Assembly: GCA_034780895.1 (NCBI GenBank)
Contig: JAUZTB010000017.1
Span: 12,875,342-12,939,341 of the forward strand
Length of the DNA stretch: 64,000 nt
Reading direction: 5' to 3'
Source: Rhynchobatus australiae
Lineage: Eukaryota
The notes below the pieces were generated by a model. The model was not told the origin of the DNA, searched no databases, and was given only the letters and a program-made list of their open reading frames with translations. A program made the position numbers and the translations under genes. Position 1 is the stretch's first letter, and every line of letters starts with the position of its first letter. Shown here one piece after another: positions 1 through 12,039 of this stretch.

Positions 1-59
1 CAGGGGAAGGGGAAAGAGAAGGGGGAAGGGGGCCTTATGAATGAAGGAAGACAAAGCAG

Positions 60-310
60 GAATGTGACCTTGTTACTACCATCGGGGAGGAGGTACAGGA
101 GCCTGAAGACCCCCACTCAGTGATTCAGGAACAACTTCTTCCCCTCTGCCATCAGATTTCTGAATGGTCCATGGACTATTGAACACTACCTGGTTATTCT
201 TTTTTGCACTATTTATTTTGTAATTTATAGTCATTTTTATGTCGTCGCATTGTACTGCTGCCACAAAACAACAAATATCACATCATGCAAGTCAGTGATA
301 ATAAACCCGA
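60..310 (+). mobile_element. Rex1/Babar-like non-LTR retrotransposon 3' end fragment
   Basis: GGGAGGAGGTACAGGAGCCTGAAGAC...AACAACTTCTTCCCCTCTGCCATCAGATTTCTGAA coding tail, then an AT-rich 3' UTR ending GTGATAATAAACC. Recognised from recall of fish/elasmobranch Rex1-type elements. Confidence 0.6.
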
Positions 311-2299
311 AACAGCAGGAAATGCACTCAGCCACAAAGAGACATTAAAATAAATTTTTGGTATGAACTTGATGTGTCAAATATGAATTTCTATGATTCT
401 ATAAAATGTCAGATACATCTTTACATCAGGCCTTGCATTTAGGATGCATTTCAAACATCGGTCCCGGAACCTCACTGTGTGTTTGACCGGTTTCAGCCTC
501 AAATGATTCCCTGCGATGCTATGCAAATTTAAACAGCAATAAAAATGCAGCATTTTATATTTAAAACCAAAAATCCCTAGTCAGATTCTTTCGAGTGTTT
601 CACTAGTATTTGTTTCCTTCAATACCATGTTTGGTTTCATTTTAAACCTTCAATGTGTTTTTGTTGGGCTGCAATGACAAAATAAACAGATGCAACAGAT
701 TTTTTAAAATTTCACTCTGCATTTCATTAAGTAAAATTCGATTTGTTGTAGTCTCATAACTCGCACAATTATTGCTGATTTACCAATAGGAGATAGGGCT
801 GCCAGAATCAAGACCATGGTGACCCATGTCTGGGTCATATTAAAATGTTTCAATTATTTTTCTTTCTGTAAAACATCATGAGGTTTTGTGATTGCATTCT
901 AGTGTTTCCATGTCAGTAAAGTCCCATAATATTGAATAATACTTAAGAGTGATCATGCTTGTGTACATATTCAGACATTGCCTGCAAAATCTGTCTTAAC
1001 AGGTAGGAAATCAAGGTAAGTAACAGATCTGATTTTAATACTAACATTTTGTCATTTTGACAGAGGACACAAGGTCCCCGTGATTCGGGGCAGAGTATTC
1101 AGGAGCACCTAAGTAGATGAGAAATCCGTTTCAATAATGTAAGTAGATTTTAACAATAAAATGTAATGACAGCCTTGAACTAAGTCATGTCTTTCAGTGC
1201 AGAATGAAGTTCAAAGCTAGTTTGCATCATTACTCTAAAATACTATTTGCAAAATATACACAGACGATTTATATAATTCCCTGATAATGGAAAAAATTAG
1301 ACCCATTAACAGGAAATTAAAAAATTCTTCCAACACCAAGCCTCGAATGAAAATCAGTCTGCACTGCCCCACAATTCTCTCGCTCTGTGGTTGAGCCAGA
1401 GTGATTATCCAACAGTTATTTCAGGCATTTGAAAGGATCACATCATTGTATTAATACCCTGGTTTAGCAGCTGGTGATGGAGAGAGGGTGGCATTTTGAG
1501 GAGGCGCAGATGCCAGTCTCTGGGGAGAGAGGTGTTAACTTCTAATAGCTTTCCCGTAATAGCAGAGCATCTGCAGGCCCAGTCAAAAGGATTTTTAAAA
1601 ATTAATAGAGCTGAACGCGCTTCACACTGAGGAGAAGGCTGGATTAATAAGCGCATTAAGGGCTGCTTTGGATTGGAAATAATTATAGAAGCTGACAAGG
1701 ACCAGAGGTGGTAGGGGTGGGGGTTTAAGGAATGCATTTTAAAAGCAGTTTAAACAACCTTCAGATGTTGGAATTATCCTGCATGACCAAATTAAGAGCA
1801 AATGAGAAAAGTTTATCTGGCATTTTAGAGTATTGAATAAGCTTATGACTTTAAATTATACAGTGTGTGAGGNNNNNNNNNNNNNNNNNNNNNNNNNNNN
1901 NNNNNNNNNNNNNNNNNNNNNNNNNNNNNNNNNNNNNNNNNNNNNNNNNNNNNNNNNNNNNNNNNNNNNNNNGACTTTAAATTATACAGTGTGTGAGGAG
2001 GTTGCAGATAGGCCTTGTGGGTAAATCATGTTAGCAACTTTATGAAGCACTCAATGAGTTTGATTTATTAACTCCGCCATTTCCTGTTGCTTTCTGAAAG
2101 GAAGGTTTTGAGTATGGGTGTTTGAAGGTTTGGGAAAATGCTTCATGTGTAACAAAGGTCACTGAATGAAGACATCCTTAGCAAACCCCTTAAGATTAAT
2201 ACCAGCCTCGTTTACAGTGCAAGCCAAGTATTAGGATATAGCTCCCCAACCCCAACCACCCAATAACCTCCCTTCCATGAAGAATTGGCTTGTTCTTAA

Positions 2300-2560
2300 C
2301 CAGTGGGGCTCAGCAAGTGATTGATTATGGCTTCAATCTGTTTTGCACCCATCAATGAGCTGACAGGCCACCTCTTCAAGAAGTGTAGATGACAATGATT
2401 TAATTATTTCTTCATTTTCTTTCATTTAGCAGTGACATTAACAAATGCAAATCAATTAATTGCAATTTTCGGTCACATTCATTCGTTCACAAGCAGGTTG
2501 CTTGATGGGGAAGCAAAGCCTGCCTTTATTATGACATTATCAAACCTACTTCAGGTTACT
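2300..2560. promoter_or_regulatory. Putative conserved non-coding element (Pbx-Hox/Meis/POU cluster)
   Basis: TGATTGATTA 2318-2327, TGACAG 2361-2366, ATGCAAAT 2445-2452 and several TAAT cores in non-repetitive sequence. Confidence 0.45.
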
Positions 2561-2924
2561 GTACAGGTTTTTGGGTACAGCAGGAACTGGTTGAGTGAAG
2601 TTCCATTTGAATGAATTGACTATCTCGGATCAACTTGAACAATTTTCTGATGGCAGCGTTGACTTAGTGTTACTTTTGCCTGAGTGGTAAGACTCTGGGT
2701 TCAAGCCCCACTCTGAAGGGTTGGGTACCAAGTTTCATTTTCATTGACTTCAATGAAATGCTAAATGATGTATAACTGAGGGTGGATACAATATGGTCTA
2801 AAGTGGATGTTACCAGGATATTTTGCTAGTTCCATTTGGCACAGAAGTATGCACAGGAAGTCTGGGAAATAACCAACAACGTGTTAACTGACCTGGTCAT
2901 CTCCCCATCTTAAGAATGCTAAGA

Positions 2925-3460
2925 TATATATAAGGTTAGACCACACTTATTGTGTTCTGTTCTGGTCACCTCATTATAGGAAGGATGTGGGTATAGAGGA
3001 GATTTGCTAGTCTGCTGCCTGGATTGGAGAACATGTCTTATGAGGAAAGGCTGAACAAGCCAGGGCCTTTCTCATTGGAGCAACGCAGGATGAGAGCAAC
3101 ATGATAGAAGTGTATAAGGTTATGAGGGGCATAGACAGAGTGGACAGCCAGCACCTTTTTCCAAGGGTGGCAGTGGTTAATACCAGAAGACACCAGTTTA
3201 AGGTTAGAGGAGGAAAGTTTCAAGGAGATGTCAGAGGTAGGTTTCTTACACAGAGAGCGGTAGGTGCCTGGGATGCACTGCCAGGGCTGATACAATCAGG
3301 AAATTTAAAAGATTCTTAGATAGGCGCATGGATGTAAGAAAAATGGGCAGTTATGGGCTGTGTAGGAGGGAAGGATTAGATTGATCATGGAGTAGATGTT
3401 TATACAGGTCGGCACAACATCGGGGGCTGAAGGGCCCATACTGTGCTGTACTGTTCTAAG
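2925..3460 (+). mobile_element. CR1-type LINE (HER1-like), 5'-truncated ORF2 C-terminus plus 3' UTR
   Basis: ORF 3101-3319 (IEVYKVMRGIDRVDSQHLFPRV...TRRHQFKVRGGKFQGDVRGRFLTQRAVGAWDALPG) is a typical CR1 ORF2 C-terminus. 3' tail GGGCTGAAGGGCCCATACTGTGCTGTACTGTTCT. Confidence 0.85.
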
Positions 3461-4129
3461 TGCCACACTGTACCCTATTTGAGATCATCTGAAACAGAGA
3501 TTGAATCATTGCCCTTCTTGATCTGTATAACATAAAGCAGTACATTTACCAACTGAAACAAGAGTAGAGCATAAATTACTTTGAAAATATTTCTGGTACA
3601 CACAAGACTCTTTAATGACCCACAGGATGTTGCTCCCAGATGCTACATAGCAAGAAGGACGGCTAAGCAAGGTATAGTGGATCTGCTGCTGGCCCAGATG
3701 TCCAGGATAGACAACAACATCAATTAAATGAGAATAAAAGCACCTATTAACAAAATACTAAAAGATGACACGATCTTCAAAAGCCCTTGAGCAAAAGACA
3801 TTGAAGTTGCTGCAGGTGGTTAAGATAATAAGTACCTCATTATTGGACATGACTCATTAGTTCCAACCAAGGCCAATGCCAACATGAAGCAGATGTGGCG
3901 AAAACACTTGTTGTTGCACGAGCCCAGTAGCATGAAATGCATAAAAATGACCTTTCAACGGTTGATCTTCAATTGGATACCCTATTGAAAATGCATGATT
4001 TTTCCTAAACACCAACAAGTCCAATGAGAGGTACAGATATAAGTGCCATTATGGGACTGAGTGTAGTGTAATTAGAGGCACCTGCATATTAAAGCATTTA
4101 GGTTAACATTGGCTTCACACTTTTCACCT

Positions 4130-4630
4130 GCTAGATGTTCTTCTTAGATGATCCCTTGGGGTTGAGGATGTCCTGCTGTTTCCACCGTTCTGTAGGTCTG
4201 GGATGACTAGTGAGTCCTATGCAAGATTTTCAGACTCTGAAGAGGTTGGTACAATTTTTCGAGGAAGATTTGAGGATGCCTTTGAAGCATTTTATCTGTC
4301 CTCCTGAGAATGCATATTGGCTTGGGGAAGGATCCTGTCATTGGTTCGCCAATTCTGTCAGTGTATTTTAAGGATTTTGCACAGGTAGAGTCTGTGATAT
4401 TTCCCCAGTACTTTGAGATGTGGACGTAAATTACCCATGTCTCAAACACATACAGAAGGGTGGGGATCACTGCTGCTCAGTGGGCCATGAGCCAGGTTTG
4501 AATTTTTGGTCTTTGAATACTTTTTAGTTCAGGCAGACAAAGGAAGTGGAGGTTGTGATGAATTTCATCTGCCCTAACCAAAAGGTTGTTCCCAGGACAT
4601 GGAAGTCAACCTCAACAGCCAAATGGGATA
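4130..4630 (-). mobile_element. RTE-clade LINE fragment, degenerate
   Basis: Minus-strand translation contains IPTLLYVFETW, resembling the RTE 'LLYGCETW' motif. Its 3' end resembles the copy at 20510-21240. Confidence 0.55.
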
Positions 4631-6684
4631 NNNNNNNNATATCAATCCACTGTACTGATGTGGAATTTTTGCTGCTTGTTCAATGGCTTAATATTAAACC
4701 TCCTAATTAAAATGCACAAATAAATAGTATGATATGTCATAGACGCTGAGGTAATTTTGACTTTCTGTGACCTTGTGAAAAGGATGACAGCAAATCACCA
4801 ATGTATCATACACCTTCCTTTGGATCTAATTCTGATTGAAATGAAAGGAATTCAAATCATTTATTTTGCACATCAAATTTCCCAATCATGACTTTCATAA
4901 TTGCTGGAAATATTAAGAATTCAATTGTTAAATAAAAAAGCCTTTTTTTTACATTTGAGATCTATGATAATTCATATATTTTTCTTGAAGATTACACATA
5001 GTCCATTGGACAAATGCTAAAGTTACTCACATTGAGAATTGGCATGTTTATTGGCTCCTTATTACATGCCCAGCATGTCCTAAAGAAATTTAAATCCAAT
5101 AATTTTGAAGGACTTTGAAGTTGTTAAGGAGACAGACTCAGCAACGAATTCATGCAAGGCAGATCTCAATTACTAAGAGCGATCAACTATAAAGTTTATT
5201 TTAGAGATTTTATTTCAGGGAAGAATGGCTGCGAGAACCTGAACTGAATTTCTTGAGTTCTTCAATGAGAAGCCCACAACCTTCAGACTGGTGTTGTCAA
5301 ATTAACCAAGCTGTTATTTATTCTTAGAAATAAAANNNNNNNNNNNNNNNNNNNNNNNNNNNNNNNNNNNNNNNNNNNNNNNNNNNNNNNNNNNNNNNNN
5401 NNNNNNNNNNNNNNNNNNNNNNNNNNNNNNNNNNNNNNNNNNNNNNNNNNNNNNNNNNNNNNNNNNNNNNNNNNNNNNNNNNNNNNNNNNNNNNNNNNNN
5501 NNNNNNNNNNNNNNNNNNNNNNNNNNNNNNNNNNNNNNNNNNNNNNNNNNNNNNNNNNNNNNNNNNNNNNNNNNNNNNNNNNNNNNNNNNNNNNNNNNNN
5601 NNNNNNNNNNNNNNNNNNNNNNNNNNNNNNNNNNNNNNNNNNNNNNNNNNNNNNNNNNNNNNNNNNNNNNNNNNNNNNNNNNNNNNNNNNNNNNNNNNNN
5701 NNNNNNNNNNNNNNNNNNNNNNNNNNNNNNNNNNNNNNNNNNNNNNNNNNNNNNNNNNNNNNNNNNNNNNNNNNNNNNNNNNNNNNNNNNNNNNNNNNNN
5801 NNNNNNNNNNNNNNNNNNNNNNNNNNNNNNNNNNNNNNNNNNNNNNNNNNNNNNNNNNNNNNNNNNNNNNNNNNNNNNNNNNNNNNNNNNNNNNNNNNNN
5901 NNNNNNNNNNNNNNNNNNNNNNNNNNNNNNNNNNNNNNNNNNNNNNNNNNNNNNNNNNNNNNNNNNNNNNNNNNNNNNNNNNNNNNNNNNNNNNNNNNNN
6001 NNNNNNNNNNNNNNNNNNNNNNNNNNNNNNNNNNNNNNNCTTGTGCTGATCTAAAGTCTCTCCTCAGGCAACATGTAATTCACCCCTGACACCCACCAAG
6101 GTCTCCCACCTAAGAACACAGGTGACTGTAGCAGTTTGGATGATCCACAATCAGTTACAAAGTAGTTCTGACCCCATAAATGGTGAATGGACATCAGGTG
6201 TTCCTGCTGTCCTTGTCACTCTCCAAGCCTTGAGGCATAACTGTTATCCATCATCACTAATAGGTGGGCATATTTAATTGACAGGTAGTTGACTTCTAAT
6301 TGATGGTTGGTAAAAATGAGATTTGGAAGTTTCTGACTTGTGGGTGATAAAATCACAGGTGAAATGGTGGGTGGCTGAGACTTGACTTGAGGACAAAATG
6401 AGAAGCTACAAAGGATTTCTACCTTTAAGCACAGATGCTTACACAGATATTTATGGCTGTTGCCATGCCCATGGCAGAGCTGCTCAAAGCCCTCTTTAAA
6501 TTTGAACTGGAGGTGTTCTTACAATAATTAATTCTGGATAATAGCCGGACGTGATCTATACTGACCCCTCCTCTGTACATAGCAGATAACTAGCATACAC
6601 TTGCACTCAACAGTTAGCATTACGTAGAATATTCTGGGCATCTGAAAAGGTAATAGACTGATTTCCNNNNNNNNNNCACGAGTC

Positions 6685-7005
6685 TTTGAGTAATTCAGCA
6701 AAGAAACAGGCCCTTCTGCCCAGTGAGTCTGTGCAAATCATCAAGCACTAATAGCAACTAATTTTATTCCCCATCGACTCCCCCCAGATTCTACCACATA
6801 CCAACACATTAGGGGCAATTTACACTGGCCAATTAACCTGTCAACTGGTACATTTTGGAATGTGGGAGGAAACTGAAGCACCCTAGGGGAAACCCATTCA
6901 GCAATAGGAAGAATGTGCAAACTCCACACAGACAGCATTGGAGGCCAGAAGTGAACTGGTTCTCTGGAGCTATGAGGCTCTACAAGTTATGCCACAGTGC
7001 TGCCT
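6685..7005 (-). mobile_element. tRNA-derived HE1/V-SINE-like SINE
   Basis: Minus strand: GGCAGCACTGTGGC head, then TGCTGTCTGTGTGGAGTTTGCACATTCTT and GGTGCTTCAGTTTCCTCCCACATTCCAAAA (V-domain-like), GGTTAATTGGCCAGTGTAAATTGCCCC, and a CR1-derived GGGCAGAAGGGCCTGTTTCT tail. Confidence 0.8.
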
Positions 7006-7289
7006 AAAATGGTTCACTCCAGTATAAAATCTAGTGTGTTAAAATATGAGAGACGGCAGGAATAGTTTGGTTATGAGTGAATGTCCACACCTGTAAACAT
7101 TAGTGGAGAACTTCAGGCAGGTGTAGCTCATCATTTCATAGATTGAGATGTCACCTGCAGAAGGCTGAGGACAGGAGACTGGGGCAATCTTTTACCAACA
7201 GGCACAGTATCCAAAATGAATTGCTCACAGGCAAGGGGAATGAAGCAGCCGGAACAGAAAGTATTAATACATCTACAAACGTCATGTCA

Positions 7290-8670
7290 ACAGGCACAAT
7301 GAGAAGTTTCAAAATATTTATGATTGAGTTTTTTAAAGTAACAAAATTTATCAGTGAGAGCAGTGGTTGATCTAGTCCACACGGACTCCAAAGCTAAAGC
7401 CTTTGGCAAACTTCCACAAGGGAAGATGGTCCAAAAGGTTGAAGGCCATTGGATTCAAGGTTCGTTGAGAAATGGATTCAAAGCTGGCTTAGTAACAGAA
7501 GACAGAGCATGATGGCAAAGGATTGTTTATGTGATTGGAAGTCTGTGACTAGTGGTGTTCCATAGGGATCAGTGCTGGGATCCTGACTGTGTCTTATACA
7601 CATTAATGACTTGAATGTGAATGTAGGAGGTGTAATTTGTAAGTTTACAGATGGCACAAAATTTGATGATGTTGTTGATAGGGTGTAGGGTAGTGTTAGG
7701 ATACAGAATGATGTTGATGTACTGGTAGAGAAACAAAGGACTGCAGATGCTAGAATCAAGATGAAACACGATGATGCTGGAGGAACTCAGCAGGCCAGGC
7801 AACATCTTCAGAGAAAAGCAGGTGGTCAACATTTCAGAAGAAGGGTCCTGAAGGTTGACTGAAGAAAAGTACTGACCCGAAGTGCTGACTGCCTGCTTTT
7901 CTCTATGGATGCTGCCAGTAAATTGGGCAGAGCACAGGCAGATGGAACTTCATTCAGATAAATGTGAAGTGATGCGTTTTGGGAGGTCTAATAAGGGTAT
8001 CATGAATTTTAGAACCTTAGGGAGTAATGAGGAACAGAGGGAACTTGGTGTACAAATTCAAAGATACCAAAAGGTGCCGGCATAGGTAGACAAGGTGGTG
8101 AAGAAGGCATGTGGGATACTTGCCTCCATTAGCTGGAGCATAGAATACAAGCATATGGAGGTCATGGTAAAACTTCATAATGCATTTTTTATACAGCTGG
8201 TCACCACACTATGGGAAGGACGTATCTGCACTGGAAAGAGTGCAGAGGAGATTTACAAGGATGTAGCCTGGGATGGAACACTTCAATAATGTGGAAAGAT
8301 TAGATAAGCTGGGATTGTTTTCTTTGCAGTGGAGAAGGCTGAGGGGGGACGCTGACAGAAGTATATAAAGTCATGATGGGCATAGACAGCGTAAGTAATA
8401 AGAAACTTTTCCCTATAATGGAGACATCTAAAACTAGTTAAAGGTGAGCCGGATGGGAGCTGAGAGGAAAAGAATTGATGCGGAGGATCGTTGCAATCTA
8501 GAATGCTCTGCCTGAGAAGTTGTGGAACTCTCACAGCATTTGGATGAGCACTTCAATCACCAAGGCTTGTGACCCAAGTGATGATAAATAGATTTAGTAT
8601 TGATGGGTACTTGATGGACGGCATGGACATGGTAGGTCAAAGGTTTTTGTTCTGTATGGCTCTCTAAATC
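7290..8670 (+). mobile_element. CR1-type LINE ORF2 (RT domain to 3' end), decayed, interrupted by a short insertion at about 7728-7917
   Basis: Decayed RT motifs: VTSGVP*GSVLG at about 7545-7580, KFTDGTK (FADDTK-like) at about 7641, WAEHRQMELHSDKCEVMRFGRSN, VKKACGILASI. Multiple stops and frameshifts. Confidence 0.85.
7728..7917. mobile_element. Short Penelope-terminus-like insertion nested in CR1
   Basis: CTGCAGATGCT...TGCTGGAGGAACTCAGCAGGCCAGGCAACATC...GACCCGAAG...GGATGCTGCC. Splits the CR1 sequence CTGGTA|AATTGGGCAGAG, with GTA on both sides. Confidence 0.6.
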
Positions 8671-9589
8671 TATAAGAAGCTTATGACCTTATGGGGCAGA
8701 CAAGCAAAGCGAAGCTATGTTAGAAAAGAGAAGTTATAAAAATTTATTGAACAAGCTGACCAAATTCACTATCCCTGGTTCTCACCCATCCACAAGAACT
8801 GTGACAAGGATGGATCTTCAGACGTATCTGTTCTGAGATCAGGCTGACAACCGTCCCAAGAGGCTCACCTTGACACAGCAGCCAGCCAGGCATCTTTCTT
8901 CTCCTGTGTCTCACCAGCCAAAGGTGAGACACAGGAGAAGAACCAGATTACATATCAAGGTTCATTCTTCTACTTGTTGGTACCAGCAGGGGAAATGGTC
9001 ATAAGAAGCAAGAGACAAGTACAGATTCTGAATGGCCTGACTGTAAAACAGTGGTGGCATTAAAGGTGAGTGCCGGTATTGGCACTTGAAATGACCTGGA
9101 ATTTGCTTGTGTTTAGAATCTGAATGGAAGTTTAGTGAAGTACTGAGCAAAGAGAAGGGATCAAAGAAGACATTTTAGTGGAAGAATGGGGGTACTACAA
9201 ATACAATGGCCAAAAATCAAGAGAATGCCTCCAATATTAAAATAGATCAAATATCCCTTGAAATGGTGCTTTGTTATTTGTAACCTCCTGCTTGCTGCTT
9301 TTCTTCAAGCTGTATCTCCTGGTTCCCTTGTTTACTTTCCTTCTCTAGATCCTTTGGGATGCAGCCTCTCTTTAAGGCAACACATGATCCACATGACCCT
9401 GGTAGAATTACATTGCAAGGCACCCTCCAGATTTATCCAGGAGCCAAAAGCTACATTCCGGGAATCTCGAGGCTTCTTTCATCATTATGACAGAGGCTGG
9501 TGAAAGTGCAGGGGACGTGACGGTAGCCTTGATCTTACAAAACCTGCCAGTGACATGCCCTTCCAATATTAGTACAAGAAGCCACATTT

Positions 9590-10200
9590 ATAGAGTCAGC
9601 CCACCATGTCCAAGCTGACCTTTTCACCCACCTACACTAACCCCATTTGTCCACATTAGATCTGCATCCTTCAATGTCTTGCCCATTCAAGTGTTGCCTA
9701 AATGAAAGCATTCTGGCTTCTGGAGATACAAACATCTCATTGTGTGATGCAGGTTGCAAATCAGCATCCTTCTTGATGGTTAGGAGATGCTGTCCCAGTG
9801 GCCTTGGTGAGTGTATTTTATAAATACCATGGTATCATTGGAGGAGGGAAGGAATGAATCAGGGTGGTGGATGACCGGACTGCTTTGTCCTGCATAGTGT
9901 CAAACATCTTGAGTGTTGTTAAAGCTCCACTCATCTATGAAAGTGTATTATACCCCTGACTTGTACCATGTAGTTGGTGTGGGGTTTCAAAAGGTGAGTC
10001 AGTCACCAAAGGATACCCAGCCTCTGACCTGCTAATAGACTGGCCCTGCTGAGTTTCTGGTCTATGGTGATCCCTGAGATGTTAATGGTAGTGGAATCCA
10101 TGATGGCAATGACACTGACTATCAAGAAGTTAGTGATGGCCATTGCCTGGCACAAAGATTATCCCCCACTTTTTAACCCATCCTTGTGTGTTGCTTTGAT
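9590..10200 (-). mobile_element. Composite of a CR1 3' tail (about 9590-9715) and a decayed L2/CR1-group LINE fragment
   Basis: AGCCCACCATGTCCAAGCTGACC...CCCATTTG...CCTTCAATG CR1 tail in antisense. The downstream part resembles the decayed LINE at 29880-30820 (shared GAGTTTCTGGTC/AAGTTTCTGGTC and TTGCCT segments). Confidence 0.45.
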
Positions 10201-11043
10201 CTTNNNNNNNNNNNNNNNNNNNNNNNNNNNNNNNNNNNNNNNNNNNNNNNNNNNNNNNNNNNNNNNNNNNNNNNNNNNNNNNNNNNNNNNNNNNNNNNNN
10301 NNNNNNNNNNNNNNNNNNNNNNNNNNNNNNNNNNNNNNNNNNNNNNNNNNNNNNNNNNNNNNNNNNNNNNNNNNNNNNNNNNNNNNNNNNNNNNNNNNNN
10401 NNNNNNNNNNNNNNNNNNNNNNNNNNNNNNNNNNNNNNNNNNNNNNNNNNNNNNNNNNNNNNNNNNNNNNNNNNNNNNNNNNNNNNNNNNNNNNNNNNNN
10501 NNNNNNNNNNNNNNNNNNNNNNNNNNNNNNNNNNNNNNNNNNNNNNNNNNNNNNNNNNNNNNNNNNNNNNNNNNNNNNNNNNNNNNNNNNNNNNNNNNNN
10601 NNNNNNNNNNNNNNNNNNNNNNNNNNNNNNNNNNNNNNNNNNNNNNNNNNNNNNNNNNNNNNNNNNNNNNNNNNNNNNNNNNNNNNNNNNNNNNNNNNNN
10701 NNNNNNNNNNNNNNNNNNNNNNNNNNNNNNNNNNNNNNNNNNNNNNNNNNNNNNNNNNNNNNNNNNNNNNNNNNNNNNNNNNNNNNNNNNNNNNNNNNNN
10801 NNNNNNNNNNNNNNNNNNNNNNNNNNNNNNNNNNNNNNNNNNNNNNNNNNNNNNNNNNNNNNNNNNNNNNNNNNNNNNNNNNNNNNNNNNNNNNNNNNNN
10901 NNNNNNNNNNNNNNNNNNNNNNNNNNNNNNNNNNNNNNNNNNNNNNNNNNNNNNNNNNNNNNNNNNNNNNNNNNNNNNNNNNNNNNNNNNNNNNNNNNNN
11001 NNNNNNNNNNNNNNNNNNNNNNNNNNNNNNNNNNNNNNNNNNN

Positions 11044-11118
11044 TACCAAGTCACCTCTCATCCTCCTTCTCTCCAAAGAGAAAAGCCCTAGCTCACTCAG
11101 CCTATCCTGATAAGACAT
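11044..11118 (-). mobile_element. CR1 ORF2 fragment, probably continuing into the 10204-11043 gap
   Basis: Minus translation MSYQDRLSELGLFSLERRRMRGDLV is a canonical CR1 ORF2 C-terminal motif. Confidence 0.8.
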
Positions 11119-11200
11119 GAAGGGTCTTGACCCGAAATGCTGACTGTCCATTTCCCTGCAGTGATGCCGCCTGACCCACAGAGTTGTTTCCAAAATTTGT
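11117..11200 (+). mobile_element. Short Penelope-terminus-like fragment
   Basis: ATGAAGGGTCTTGACCCGAAATGCTGACTGTCCATTTCCCTGCAGTGATGCCGCCTGACCCACAGAGTT; same family as the 7728, 28090, 53632 and 62510 copies. Confidence 0.55.
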
Positions 11201-11224
11201 TCTTTTTTAACTCAATTTCCACAC

Positions 11225-11935
11225 AGCTGGCTACTTGCCAGGAACTGCAGCGGAACAGCATGGCAGGAGGTGCTGCTGATCTGGACCCCGAATATTCAGT
11301 AGTACAGACAGAATGTTGTCTGGTCCCACGACCTTTGACGTATTTAGTGCTCTCGCCCATTTCTTCATATCACTTGGAATGAATCCATTTGGTTGAAGAT
11401 TGCCTTCTGTGATGATGGGAATAATAGGAGGAAGGTGATGTGTCATCCATCCAGCACTGCTGGCAAAACTTGGCTGCAAATGCTTCAGCCATGTCTTTAA
11501 CATGCTGGTGGTTACTTCTACTAATGGACAGGTGCATCCACAACAGATAGATTGGTGAGAATGACAAAATATATTTATCCTGATTTACGCGGACCCAATT
11601 CAGCAGTTATGTCCTTCAGGACTCAGCCGGTTCTTTCAGTGGTGTCACAAGCCACTGTTGGTGAAGGACACTGGAGACCCCCATCCAGAGTACATTCTGT
11701 GGCCTTGCTACATTCAGTGCTCAACGTGTGCAATGCAGAGGAGATCATAGATTCATCAGCTGAGGGAGCACAGCAGGTAACAATCAGGAAGAGGTATCCT
11801 TGCCCAAATAAAGCCTAGGGTGAATGGTGAGAGCTCCCAGGGATACACTCCTCTTATATACCACTGTAACACCAACTGTGGGGGTCTGTTCTGCAGGTGG
11901 GACCCAGGGATTGTGAGAGAGGGAGTCTGGAAGGA
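11225..11935 (-). mobile_element. L2/CR1-group LINE fragment (endonuclease-RT linker region), decayed
   Basis: Minus translations AEAFAAKFCQQC and ALNTSKVVGPDNILSVLL resemble the KA-GPD-I motif that precedes non-LTR RT domains. Confidence 0.6.
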
Positions 11936-12039
11936 TATTAATGAATCAGACAGGTTTTTACAACATTTTGTCAATTTTTTGGTCACTATTACTAAGACGT
12001 TGATAATTCTTAGCTGGATATTCTCAAGCTGCCATGACC

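Noticed and set aside
3-32. Four G-tracts able to form a G-quadruplex
   Set aside because: At the window edge in purine-rich low-complexity sequence next to a retroposon, with no functional context.
1847-1998. 26-bp direct repeat GACTTTAAATTATACAGTGTGTGAGG on both sides of an N run
   Set aside because: It flanks an exactly 100-N placeholder gap, so it is most likely overlapping contig ends rather than a real duplication.
6930-7005. tRNA-like A/B-box sequences in SINE heads (also 18760-18860)
   Set aside because: Degenerate SINE heads with no cloverleaf; not tRNA genes.
10064-11193. Long ORFs (290-350 aa) here and over other gaps (25.1, 32.8, 42.3, 49, 50.8 kb)
   Set aside because: Their length comes from N runs translated as X. 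The real parts are short or are CR1 fragments.
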